Source of the DNA: Chitinophaga pinensis | GTDB lineage: Bacteria > Bacteroidota > Bacteroidia > SXHM01 | Reading direction: 5' to 3' | Assembly (NCBI GenBank): GCA_945861685.1 | Contig: CAMAVO010000001.1 | Span: 1-53,738, forward strand | Length of the DNA stretch: 53,738 nucleotides | Part shown: one piece after another, positions 8,521 through 17,601 of the stretch | Position numbering within the stretch: the stretch's first letter is position 1 | How the letters are laid out: each line of letters starts with the position of its first letter | Notes under the pieces: model-generated | What the model was told of the DNA's origin: nothing | Databases searched by the model: none | Seen by the model: only the letters and a program-made list of their open reading frames with translations | Translations under genes and position numbers: made by a program

Positions 8521-9888
8521 ATGACCATCCAAAACTACATCACCCAAAACAAAACCCGTTTTATCAACGAACTGATAGACCTGTTAAGAATTCCTTCTAT
8601 CAGTGCCGACCCCAACTATAAAGAAAGCGTTTTCAAAACTGCCGATGAGGTAAAAAAGCGCCTTGTAGAAGCAGGTGCCGATAACGTAGAAATCTGCCAG
8701 ACCAAGGGCTACCCGGTGGTGTATGGCGAAAAAATAATCTCTCCCTCCTCCCCTACTGTGTTAGTTTATGGCCACTACGATGTGCAGCCTCCCGATCCAT
8801 TGGATTTGTGGACTTCACCACCGTTTGAACCTGTTATTAAAGACGAAAAAATTTATGCCCGTGGCGCCTGCGATGATAAAGGACAAATGTATATGCATGT
8901 GAAAGCATTTGAGCTGATGATGAAAACCAACACCCTGCCTTGTAACATTAAGTTTATGATTGAAGGCGAGGAAGAAGTAGGCAGCGATAACCTGGGCACA
9001 TTTGTAAAAGCCAACAAAGAGCGTCTGAAAGCTGATGTGGTCTTGATTTCCGACACCGGAATGATTGCAAACGATATTCCTTCCATCACCGTTGGTCTGC
9101 GCGGATTAAGCTATATGGAAGTAGAAGTTACCGGTCCTAACCGCGATTTGCACAGCGGGATTTATGGCGGTGCAGTTGCAAACCCTATCAATATTTTGTG
9201 CGAAATGATTGCTTCTCTGCACGATAAAGACAATAAAGTAAACATCCCCGGATTTTACGATAACGTAGAAATACTAAGCACCGAAGAGCGTGGAGAAATG
9301 GCGAAAGCGCCCTTCAACCTTGACGAATACAAAAAACACCTCGACCTTTCAGACATACATGGCGAAACCGGATATAGCACCAACGAACGCGTTTCCATCC
9401 GTCCAACGTTGGATGTAAACGGCATCTGGGGCGGCTATCAGGGCGAAGGAGCAAAAACAGTTATTGCCTCCAAAGCATCTGCAAAAATCTCCATGCGTTT
9501 GGTGCCCAACCAAACACCAGATGAAATAACAGCGTTGTTTACCAAGCATTTTATTTCCATTGCACCTAAGTCGGTGAAGGTTAAAGTTACCGCGCACCAT
9601 GGCGGTGAAGCAGCCGTTACACCAACCGATTCCATTGCTTATAAAGCAGCAGACAAAGCTATGCAAACCACCTTCGGGAAAAAACCAATTCCGCAGCGCT
9701 CAGGCGGCAGTATTCCCATTGTTGCTCTGTTCGAAAAAGAGTTGGGTTTGAAAACAGTATTGTTCGGTTTTGGCCTGGATTCAGATGCCATCCACTCGCC
9801 CAACGAACACTACGGCATTTTCAACTACCTCAAAGGCATTGAAACCATTCCGCATTTTTTCAAAAACTTTGCAGAGATGAGTAAATAG
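8521..9888 (+). CDS. M20-family dipeptidase
   Basis: 455 aa. YGHYDVQP...PF.P...D.KIYARGACDDKGQ and EGEEEVGS are metal-binding motifs of peptidase M20. Confidence 0.85.
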   Translation: MTIQNYITQNKTRFINELIDLLRIPSISADPNYKESVFKTADEVKKRLVEAGADNVEICQTKGYPVVYGEKIISPSSPTVLVYGHYDVQPPDPLDLWTSPPFEPVIKDEKIYARGACDDKGQMYMHVKAFELMMKTNTLPCNIKFMIEGEEEVGSDNLGTFVKANKERLKADVVLISDTGMIANDIPSITVGLRGLSYMEVEVTGPNRDLHSGIYGGAVANPINILCEMIASLHDKDNKVNIPGFYDNVEILSTEERGEMAKAPFNLDEYKKHLDLSDIHGETGYSTNERVSIRPTLDVNGIWGGYQGEGAKTVIASKASAKISMRLVPNQTPDEITALFTKHFISIAPKSVKVKVTAHHGGEAAVTPTDSIAYKAADKAMQTTFGKKPIPQRSGGSIPIVALFEKELGLKTVLFGFGLDSDAIHSPNEHYGIFNYLKGIETIPHFFKNFAEMSK

Positions 9889-9890
9889 AT

Positions 9891-9965
9891 TTTTACCACT
9901 AAGGAAACAAGAACACAAGGTTTTTGCTAAGCATTTTCATTGTGCCCTGGTGTCTTTAGTGGCAA
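9891..9965. repeat. Word-type palindromic repeat (CACTAAG/CACAAGG words)
   Basis: ttttaccactaaggaaacaagaacacaagg...ccctggtgtctttagtggcaa forms an imperfect long hairpin. Confidence 0.75.
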
Positions 9966-10055
9966 ATCTCCTGTATTAAACCTTCTTTAAATCCGCAGGT
10001 CGAACATTTTATTTATAGAAAATTATTTTATTTTTACCCGATAAAATAATTGAAC

Positions 10056-10931
10056 ATGCTCAATAAAACACTTTGGTTGCCGCTTGTTTTAATGCTGGCA
10101 ATTTTTTCTTCCTGCACCAAACACGAGGAAGTGTTAATTCCCAACAACGTTCCCCCGCCCGACAGTACGCTGTCAAGCATAGTCATTGAAACCTATGTAA
10201 ACAAAGCCTATATCAGCGTGCTCGGCCGTAAACCCAGCGACACCGAAAAAGCAGAAGGCATTACCTTGCTTGAATCTGCAGCACTATCACAAACCAGCCG
10301 CGAAGCATTCATACAATCTGTTTTAGACAAGCCCGAGTACTACGAAAACCTTTACAAAAATTATTACACCTACCTTTTGGTAAACTTTGACACAGCTCAA
10401 ATTACACTTAACATTGAAACATTACGGTTTTTGGTAACCCAACCTCAATACGCATCAATTGTAGATCTTTTGAATTATGAAATTGCACGATTTGAAGAAT
10501 TGCGGGATGTGTATTACAATCTTGCAGACGGCAATATTTCCGTTGTTGAAATGCAACGTATTTTGGTTTATAATGCATTCTACGACCAGTTAAATATGGG
10601 AACAGAAAATTTTATTCTCAGTTCATTTGAACATTTTCTTTCGCGGTATCCTACTGATGCAGAATTGGCTGAAGCCACAAAAATTGTTGACGGTTTAAGC
10701 GGAGTATTGTTTTATGAGATAGGTACCAGCAAAGAAGATTTTCTGGATATCTTTTTTACTTCTGAAGATTATTATGGCGGACAAGTAAAACTAATTTTCG
10801 AAGGGTATATTTTTCGTTCTCCCACATCAGAAGAATCGGCTTATTATACTACGTATTACAAAAATACAGGCGACTACAAGGGCTTGCTGAAAAAGGTGCT
10901 GACTACTGATGAATACGTAGGTATCAACTAA
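10056..10931 (+). CDS. Lipoprotein with DUF4214-like repeats
   Basis: Lipobox AIFSSC. YVNKAYISVLGRKPSDTEKAEG...SREAFIQSVLDKPEY resembles the DUF4214 pattern. First gene of a tightly packed 5-gene operon. Confidence 0.6.
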   Translation: MLNKTLWLPLVLMLAIFSSCTKHEEVLIPNNVPPPDSTLSSIVIETYVNKAYISVLGRKPSDTEKAEGITLLESAALSQTSREAFIQSVLDKPEYYENLYKNYYTYLLVNFDTAQITLNIETLRFLVTQPQYASIVDLLNYEIARFEELRDVYYNLADGNISVVEMQRILVYNAFYDQLNMGTENFILSSFEHFLSRYPTDAELAEATKIVDGLSGVLFYEIGTSKEDFLDIFFTSEDYYGGQVKLIFEGYIFRSPTSEESAYYTTYYKNTGDYKGLLKKVLTTDEYVGIN

Positions 10932-10951
10932 CAAAAAATTAATAATTATCA

Positions 10952-11449
10952 ATGAAGTTAAATTATAAAAACTGCGGGATACTGCCGCTGCTGTTGGTTC
11001 TGGTATTGTCATCCTGCAAAAAAGAAACCGATTTTATATATGGTGTTACAGATATTGACATTCAAAAACCGGATGCCAACAAGCCTAACGTAAAATCTAC
11101 ATTTACCTTTATTTCTATTGCCTACAGCGATTTATTCGGAACAACTATTTCTCAGGCACAATTAGTGGATTTGCAAACCGCTTATGCCTCTTTTGGCGAT
11201 CAGAGGTTTATTGAGCAAATGATTATTAAAAATTTTCTGAACGATGGCGGAGTAGATATTCCATTACAATCAGAAATGAATGCTGATGTGGAGCAATTCA
11301 TCAAAGACAGTTATGTGAAATTTTTTAACCGATTGCCTAATGAATTTGAGTTATGGCATATTGAAAACGAAATTGCTGCAGACCCAACACTTACGCCCGA
11401 ACTGATTTATTTTGCGATGATGACCTCAAACGAATACAGATATTACTAA
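10952..11449 (+). CDS. Small lipoprotein with DUF4214-like segments
   Basis: Lipobox VLSSC. Contains FISIAYSDLFGTTISQAQL and FIKDSYVKFFNRLPNEFEL...SNEY. Confidence 0.55.
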   Translation: MKLNYKNCGILPLLLVLVLSSCKKETDFIYGVTDIDIQKPDANKPNVKSTFTFISIAYSDLFGTTISQAQLVDLQTAYASFGDQRFIEQMIIKNFLNDGGVDIPLQSEMNADVEQFIKDSYVKFFNRLPNEFELWHIENEIAADPTLTPELIYFAMMTSNEYRYY

Positions 11450-11450
11450 T

Positions 11451-12755
11451 ATGATGCAACGCAGAGGATTTATTAAAAAAGCAGCACTGGCAACAGCAGG
11501 GGCGTTTGCTGCACCCTATATTCTTCCATCGGGAAGATTGTTTGCAGCTACTGGTTCGCGAATTGCCAATCACGTTGTGCTGTGTTTATTTGCAGGCGGT
11601 GTGCGCAACTTTGAATCAATGCAAAAGGCAGAAGGCAACCTGATGCCGTTTACACTAACAGGCAACGAAAGCATCAACCCGCAAATTATTGGCGGCATGG
11701 ATGCGCTCCCTTCGCCAAGCGGACAAAGACTTCAGCAACAAGGCACATTGTTTAAAGAATTCCGCTTTGCACAAGGACCAACTGGTCACTTCAGTGGCCA
11801 CTCTACAGCCCTTACCGGACAATATGTTTTGGGAGATTTGAATATAAAACAACGCCCTACCTACCCTACTGTTTTTGAATATTACCGCAAACACAATTCG
11901 CCATCCATGAGTGCGCTTAATGCCTGGTGGGTTGCAAATACACTTGGCCCTTATCCGGCATTAAATTTCAGTCAGTATCCAGGTTATGGAGCCGAATTTG
12001 GAGCCAATTTTATTCAGCCGGGTTCTATAATTTCTATTCCGGGATATAACTCATTGGGCGACCCAAAAAACTTTGAAGCAGCTCAGCTTGATAAAGTAAA
12101 AAGCCTTCGCCAGTTTATGGACAATAATTTTTCAAGCAACTATACTCCGGGCGATGCAGGAATTACCAATATTGAAGAAGAAGCAATACTTATTGAAAAC
12201 TATATCAACAATTCGTTTGATGAAGCTGTGGCTGGCCAATATGATAATCCCTGGGGAGTTGGAAACAGTATGAATGGCGATATGTATAACGTGTTTTTTG
12301 CCGAACAAATCATAAAACAATTTAAGCCCGAACTGACAGTTGTGAACATGCAGGACATTGATGTGTGTCATACAAACTTCACAGGTTATTGCAACAACAT
12401 ACGCAAATCAGATTATGCGCTGGCTCATTTGTGGCAAACCATTCAAGCCACACCCGGAATGGCTAACGACACCATTCTGATTTCTGTTCCCGAGCACGGA
12501 AGGAATGAAGAGCCAAACACCATTCTTGATGCTTACGGCAAATATGCACTTGACCATAATAGCGATGAAGTTTCAAGACAGATTTTCTGCCTTGTTGTTG
12601 GCCCGCCCGATAAAGTGGTACAAAATCAGGTTATATCAACCGTAACAGGTGAAAGTGTTGATGTTGTTCCAACCATTGCAAAAGTACTTGGTTTCCATAA
12701 TGATATTCCGGGCGGAATGCTTTCCGGAACATCGCTTGACCAGGCGTTTATTTAA
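11451..12755 (+). CDS. Tat-exported DUF1501-like (sulfatase/alkaline-phosphatase-fold) protein
   Basis: Twin-arginine signal MMQRRGFIKKAALATAGAFA. Has HVVLCLFAGGVRN near the N-terminus and EHGRN...LDHN near the C-terminus, as in DUF1501. Its start overlaps the previous stop (TAATATG). Confidence 0.65.
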   Translation: MMQRRGFIKKAALATAGAFAAPYILPSGRLFAATGSRIANHVVLCLFAGGVRNFESMQKAEGNLMPFTLTGNESINPQIIGGMDALPSPSGQRLQQQGTLFKEFRFAQGPTGHFSGHSTALTGQYVLGDLNIKQRPTYPTVFEYYRKHNSPSMSALNAWWVANTLGPYPALNFSQYPGYGAEFGANFIQPGSIISIPGYNSLGDPKNFEAAQLDKVKSLRQFMDNNFSSNYTPGDAGITNIEEEAILIENYINNSFDEAVAGQYDNPWGVGNSMNGDMYNVFFAEQIIKQFKPELTVVNMQDIDVCHTNFTGYCNNIRKSDYALAHLWQTIQATPGMANDTILISVPEHGRNEEPNTILDAYGKYALDHNSDEVSRQIFCLVVGPPDKVVQNQVISTVTGESVDVVPTIAKVLGFHNDIPGGMLSGTSLDQAFI

Positions 12756-12776
12756 AATATGAATAAATAAATCAGC

Positions 12777-13727
12777 ATGAAATTGATAAAAAATAATTTG
12801 CCGGTTGTTGTTTCCGTATTTATGATTGCCATTGCATTAATTGGTTGTTATAAAGATACTCCTGAGCCGCCTAATCCATATGATGACATTGATTATCCAA
12901 CAATACCGGCACCGGTAGATACGGTTGACCCGGCTTCTTTTGTAGCGCTGCATCGCAATATATTTTCAACCCGCTGCGCAGTCCCTGGCTGTCATGACGG
13001 GCATTTTGAGCCGGACTTTCGCACGCTTCAAAGTTCCTATTCTACGCTTGTTTATCATCCGATAATTAAAAACAATGCCGACAGCACATTTCAGTTTCGT
13101 GTTGTCCCGTTTAACAAAAATCAGTCGGTTTTGTATGAAAGACTCACCAATTGCTGTTTTGTAAACCAAGATGATCGTATGCCACAGGATAACATCGGTG
13201 TTCCGCTGGAAAGCAATCACATCAGCAATATTGCCGCATGGATTGAAAACGGAGCAAGAGATATTTTCGGAGCACTTCCCACCTACCCTAATCAGGAACC
13301 GTTGATTGGTTTTTACATTGCATTCAACTTAACCTATGATTCTATTTACTCAAACAATAGAATAGATGGAGTGTATTATAACCCGTTTATTATTGGTAAC
13401 AATACTACATTTTATTTAGCAATAGAAGTTTCGGACGACAGCACTGCTGGGCCAAATATGCAATATAACAGATTTAAAATGAGCTACGAGCCCGATAATT
13501 TTTCTCCTTCTGCTCCAGGTTATCATGAATATACCTGCACGTATTTACTTAACGACAATAAAGATTTTTACCTGACGCAGATTAATTCCGCAGATTTTCT
13601 AATGGATACCACCGTGTATTTCCGTTTCTTCACTAACGATGGAGATCATCAGCAAAACACGCAATTCCCACGGGATGAAAATATTATTCAATACAAAACA
13701 TTTTATTCGTTTTACGTAACTCCTTAA
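12777..13727 (+). CDS. Lipoprotein with PSCyt-like (Planctomycete cytochrome c-like) C-x4-CH domain
   Basis: Lipobox LIGC. IFSTRCAVPGCHDG...SVLYERL...DRMPQDN...ISNIAAWIENGARD parallels the PSCyt1 layout (Cys..CysHis, S.L, MP, WI..GA). Confidence 0.55.
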   Translation: MKLIKNNLPVVVSVFMIAIALIGCYKDTPEPPNPYDDIDYPTIPAPVDTVDPASFVALHRNIFSTRCAVPGCHDGHFEPDFRTLQSSYSTLVYHPIIKNNADSTFQFRVVPFNKNQSVLYERLTNCCFVNQDDRMPQDNIGVPLESNHISNIAAWIENGARDIFGALPTYPNQEPLIGFYIAFNLTYDSIYSNNRIDGVYYNPFIIGNNTTFYLAIEVSDDSTAGPNMQYNRFKMSYEPDNFSPSAPGYHEYTCTYLLNDNKDFYLTQINSADFLMDTTVYFRFFTNDGDHQQNTQFPRDENIIQYKTFYSFYVTP

Positions 13728-13742
13728 TTTAGTCAGACTGTT

Positions 13743-14180
13743 ATGACAAGAAATTTAGTCCTTGTATTTTTAGTTTCTGTTGCTCTTGCAGCATGCAAAA
13801 AAGCAGATGAAATAGGACCAATTCCTGAGATTGAGTTCATAAGCGTAACACCACAAAATGTGCAGGAATACACCGACTCTTTAGTGTTTACAATTAAATA
13901 CCGCGATGGAGATGGAGATTTAGGAGAGAACGATCCCGATGCAGAAAATTTCTTTCTCGCAGATAGTCGCAACAACGTGATTTATAAATTCCGTATTCCG
14001 CAATTAGCGCCTGATAATTCAAGCATAATCATTGAAGGAAATCTGAATGTCACACTTGCAAATACTGCAATAGTTGACGGCTCAAGTTCACAGACTTTTA
14101 CCTATAGTATTTACGTAAAAGACCGCGCAGGGAATCAGAGTAATACTGTTGTTACTTCTCCTGTTACGGTTACTCAGTAA
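13743..14180 (+). CDS. Small lipoprotein, unknown function (Ig-like beta-rich)
   Basis: Lipobox ALAACKK. Last gene of the operon. Contains a DGDGDLGEND acidic loop. Confidence 0.5.
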   Translation: MTRNLVLVFLVSVALAACKKADEIGPIPEIEFISVTPQNVQEYTDSLVFTIKYRDGDGDLGENDPDAENFFLADSRNNVIYKFRIPQLAPDNSSIIIEGNLNVTLANTAIVDGSSSQTFTYSIYVKDRAGNQSNTVVTSPVTVTQ

Positions 14181-14183
14181 CGT

Positions 14184-16313
14184 TTAGCTTTTTATTACAA
14201 GTTCGTCAATCAGGCGTTTGCAGCCACCGAACTTATCAATCATAAAAAGCACATAGCGTATATCAACGCTAATGGTGCGTGCATAAGCGGGGTCGTAATA
14301 CAAATCTGAAATCATAGACTCCCAATTACCGTCAAAAGCAATTCCCACAAGGTTTCCTTCTCCATCAATTAACGGACTTCCGCTATTCCCCCCTGTTATG
14401 TCGTTTCCACTAATTAGGCAGATGTTTAATGTATCGTTTTTCGAGTATTGTCCGAAGTCTTTTGCAACAAGCAAATCGTGCAATTTTTTAGGCACATCAA
14501 ACTCAGGATCTCCGGGTTTTTCTTTTTCCAGGATTTGGTAATGGTGTGTGTAAAAAGTTTTGAATTCTTTATCGCGGGTTGTATATGGTTTCACTTGTCC
14601 GTAACTCAAACGCATAGATGAATTAGCATCAGGGTAAAAGAATTTTTCAGGATGCATTTCACGTTGTGCCTTGATGTAATTTTTTTGCAGCGACTCATTT
14701 TGCATTTCAAAAAGGTAAAGCTCCATATTGCTCATTTGGTAAAGCTCAACAACGCTTAGAATGTATTTCATTCCTTCGTCAGCATCTAATTTTTTCAATG
14801 ATGGTTTACTTAAAAACGCCCTTGCCTTTTTCTCGCTTAAAAAAATTGATTTTGTCGCGATAAGCTCAGCATATTGATCGTAAACATTTTTGCCGGGTTT
14901 ATCTTTCAGCTTCAAAAATGTTTTAGAATTGAAGATTTTTAATTGTTGAGTTGCAGGTAAATCATCGTGCATTAATTTTAATGCCATCGCCAGCATTTTT
15001 TTATCGGTTGCAGCAAGATATTCTTTGAATTGCTCTCCTGTTGCAGCTTGAATTTGCTCAACCAAAGGGGCTCTGTCTTCTTTTTTTGAAAGCAATTCTC
15101 TCAGGCTGTAAAACTGAAATCCATAGCCCGTAAATGCGGGGGCAAAGGCTGCAACGTTTACATAATTCTCTAATTTTTTTATTTCTGTTGTGCTTTCATA
15201 AAGCGCATCAAATTCTGTCAGAATATTGCCGTATTCTTTTTTGCGTGTTTCATCCTGTTCAACCCATGCTGAAAATGCTTTTTCCTGCTCTTGTTTTGTG
15301 TTTATAAAGCCGGTTGAGCCAGCACCTTCAACAACACCTTTAAAGTATTTCCAGGAGTTTGCTAATGATGCATAGTCTGCAGCCATGGCAAGACTTGCTT
15401 TCGGGTCTGCATCCATTTCTGTTTTCATAACAGCAAGCCTCGCTTCCAGAATTTTCACATACGATGGATAATTGCTGTTGATGTTTTGTTCAATTGCGTG
15501 TGATGAAAGATAGCGTTCTGTTTGCCCGGGATAACCAAAGGTCATAGTGAAATCACCTTCTTTCATTCCTTTCAAAGAAACAGGTAAAAAGTGCGCTGGT
15601 TTGTAAGGAACATTATCTGCCGAATAATCTGCAGGTTCGTTGTCTTTTCCGGCATAAATTCTGAATACAGAGAAGTCGCAAGTGTGCCTTGGCCACATCC
15701 AGTTGTCGGTATCACCACCAAATTTTCCTACTACTTCAGGTGGGGTTCCAACCAAACGGATATCACGAAAAACGCGATAAACCATGAGGTAATGTTCTGC
15801 GCCTTCAAACATAGAAAACACACCCGCTGTGAACTTTCCGTCTTCTTCAGCTTCTCCAGCAATCACTGCTTTTTCCAGTTCCTGATCCTCCGATTCATTT
15901 ACACGTTTGGTTACATCCTGCATGTGAACGAGAATAGAAACGGTTAAGCCTTGTGCCGGCAATTCATCGTTCAATGTAGTTGCCCAAAAACCATCCTGTA
16001 AATGATTTTTTTCGGGAGTGCTTAACCCTGCAATAGCATCAAAGCCGCAATGATGATTAGTAAATAATAATCCTTTATCAGAAACAATTTCGCCCGAGCA
16101 AAAATCGCCTACCTGAACAATGGCATCTTTCAGGCTCGAGTGATTGATGTTATAGATATCTTCCGGTTTTAGTTTGCATCCCAGTTTTTGCATATTTCCG
16201 CTGATGACATCGGCATAAATGGGAAGCCACATTCCTTCATCAGCAAAACCGAAAATGGAACGAAAAGAGAGAAGAGAAACTAAAGCGATTTTAAGAATTT
16301 GATTTTTTAACAT
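14184..16313 (-). CDS. S46-family dipeptidyl-peptidase (DPP7/DPP11-like)
   Basis: GMWLP after the signal peptide, TNHHCG (catalytic His) and TGGNSGSPL (catalytic Ser), at ~700 aa. Start trimmed to MLKNQILK. Confidence 0.85.
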   Translation of the reverse strand: MLKNQILKIALVSLLSFRSIFGFADEGMWLPIYADVISGNMQKLGCKLKPEDIYNINHSSLKDAIVQVGDFCSGEIVSDKGLLFTNHHCGFDAIAGLSTPEKNHLQDGFWATTLNDELPAQGLTVSILVHMQDVTKRVNESEDQELEKAVIAGEAEEDGKFTAGVFSMFEGAEHYLMVYRVFRDIRLVGTPPEVVGKFGGDTDNWMWPRHTCDFSVFRIYAGKDNEPADYSADNVPYKPAHFLPVSLKGMKEGDFTMTFGYPGQTERYLSSHAIEQNINSNYPSYVKILEARLAVMKTEMDADPKASLAMAADYASLANSWKYFKGVVEGAGSTGFINTKQEQEKAFSAWVEQDETRKKEYGNILTEFDALYESTTEIKKLENYVNVAAFAPAFTGYGFQFYSLRELLSKKEDRAPLVEQIQAATGEQFKEYLAATDKKMLAMALKLMHDDLPATQQLKIFNSKTFLKLKDKPGKNVYDQYAELIATKSIFLSEKKARAFLSKPSLKKLDADEGMKYILSVVELYQMSNMELYLFEMQNESLQKNYIKAQREMHPEKFFYPDANSSMRLSYGQVKPYTTRDKEFKTFYTHHYQILEKEKPGDPEFDVPKKLHDLLVAKDFGQYSKNDTLNICLISGNDITGGNSGSPLIDGEGNLVGIAFDGNWESMISDLYYDPAYARTISVDIRYVLFMIDKFGGCKRLIDELVIKS

Positions 16314-16565
16314 TTTTGAGTTTTTGATTTTATGTGGGCTTAAAATTTTCAGGTGGCGAAGGTATACCTTTTTCAAAGTCTGATTTTTGGAAGCCCGACT
16401 TTTCTGTCAAATCTTAACATATTTTAACGCAAACAAGCAAAACAAGGCTCTGAAAGCCTTACAGAATAAGGGTTGCAGAGGCAGTTGGTTTTAAGAGTAG
16501 CAGACGAGTTTTTGCTGAAAAAGAAGGCTGGAATACTGTAGAAGAGAGAAATGCGCTAAAAACGC

Positions 16566-17474
16566 TTAGAAAGCACCTTTTTTGAAGATGTAGACCTGAC
16601 TTGAAGATGTTCCTTGCTTTGAAATAGCTTTAATGTTTGAAACAAATCCTCTCCATGCTGCTCGGATCATTCCTAAACCGCCAGATTTTCCAGATTCCCG
16701 GGCAATATATTTTTCACTTAACATGCTGACATAGAATGAGTCAAGAGGCATTGGAAGTGTTTTTTCATGGCTTAAACCATTGTTTTTGAAGTATTTTTCG
16801 GTGGTTTTGGGTACAAAATGGTATAAATGGCGGGGAACATCATAAGCTGCCCAGTATTTTCCGTAAACCTGAGCATCGTAGCTGTTGCAGTTTGGTACAG
16901 CAATCAATAAAACTCCACCGGGTTTTAGAAAGGTTAAAAGTGTTTCAACGGTTGTATCCAATTCTGATATGTGTTCCAAAACATGCCAAAGAGTTATAAT
17001 GCTAAAACTGTTTTTCTCAAAACTGTTTTCAGACAATTCGGAATTGATTTCTGATTTTAATAATTCTTTTGCGATGTTTCTGGCAAGGTCGTTTGGTTCA
17101 ATTCCTGATACCTCCCAGCCCGCTACTTTGCAATTGTTTAAGAAGTCACCGGTTCCACAACCATAGTCTAAAATTTTTCCTTTTTTACTTAAGGAGTTGA
17201 TGAGTTGTATCTTCTTTAAAAGGCTATAATGTTTGGCAATATGGTATAGACTATTTATAAAACCCTTAGTGCTTTTTGAGTGGGAAACATAGTCAGCGCT
17301 TTCGTAATATTTGCCTAAATCTTTAGGCTCGGGTCTTGGGTTGGTGAACTTGAATTCACACGAATTGCATTGTACAATGGTAAATGTTTCACGTGAAACA
17401 GTGTAGTCTTTGCATCCTAAATAGGGTTTAAAATTTGTCTCTTTACAGACAGGGCAGTTATTCAAAGTCTCCAT
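16566..17474 (-). CDS. Class I SAM-dependent methyltransferase with N-terminal Zn-ribbon
   Basis: CPVC...C..C at the N-terminus, and ILDYGCGTGDFL is SAM motif I. Confidence 0.75.
   Translation of the reverse strand: METLNNCPVCKETNFKPYLGCKDYTVSRETFTIVQCNSCEFKFTNPRPEPKDLGKYYESADYVSHSKSTKGFINSLYHIAKHYSLLKKIQLINSLSKKGKILDYGCGTGDFLNNCKVAGWEVSGIEPNDLARNIAKELLKSEINSELSENSFEKNSFSIITLWHVLEHISELDTTVETLLTFLKPGGVLLIAVPNCNSYDAQVYGKYWAAYDVPRHLYHFVPKTTEKYFKNNGLSHEKTLPMPLDSFYVSMLSEKYIARESGKSGGLGMIRAAWRGFVSNIKAISKQGTSSSQVYIFKKGAF
17383..17400. promoter_or_regulatory. 18-nt palindromic site AATGTTTCACGTGAAACA (copy 1, inside the methyltransferase 5' coding region)
   Basis: An exact second copy lies at 17576-17593. 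The core GTTTCACGTGAAAC is a perfect 14-bp palindrome. Confidence 0.4.
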
Positions 17475-17575
17475 AAAATTTAATAATTAGCTTATGAGGT
17501 TTTAGATGCTTCGACTACGCTCAGCATGACAGCCAAATGTGTGTAATTGCCTTGATGTGTGTGATGGATTTACAG

Positions 17576-17593
17576 AATGTTTCACGTGAAACA
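17576..17593. promoter_or_regulatory. 18-nt palindromic site AATGTTTCACGTGAAACA (copy 2, intergenic)
   Basis: Identical to 17383-17400. The two copies bracket the methyltransferase start and promoter. Confidence 0.4.
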
Positions 17594-17601
17594 AATGGGA
17601 T

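Noticed and set aside
16377-16565. 189-bp gap between the S46 peptidase and the methyltransferase as an RNA gene
   Set aside because: No tRNA cloverleaf, strong hairpin-terminator or promoter box was seen. There is only a weak ggctctgaaagcc stem.
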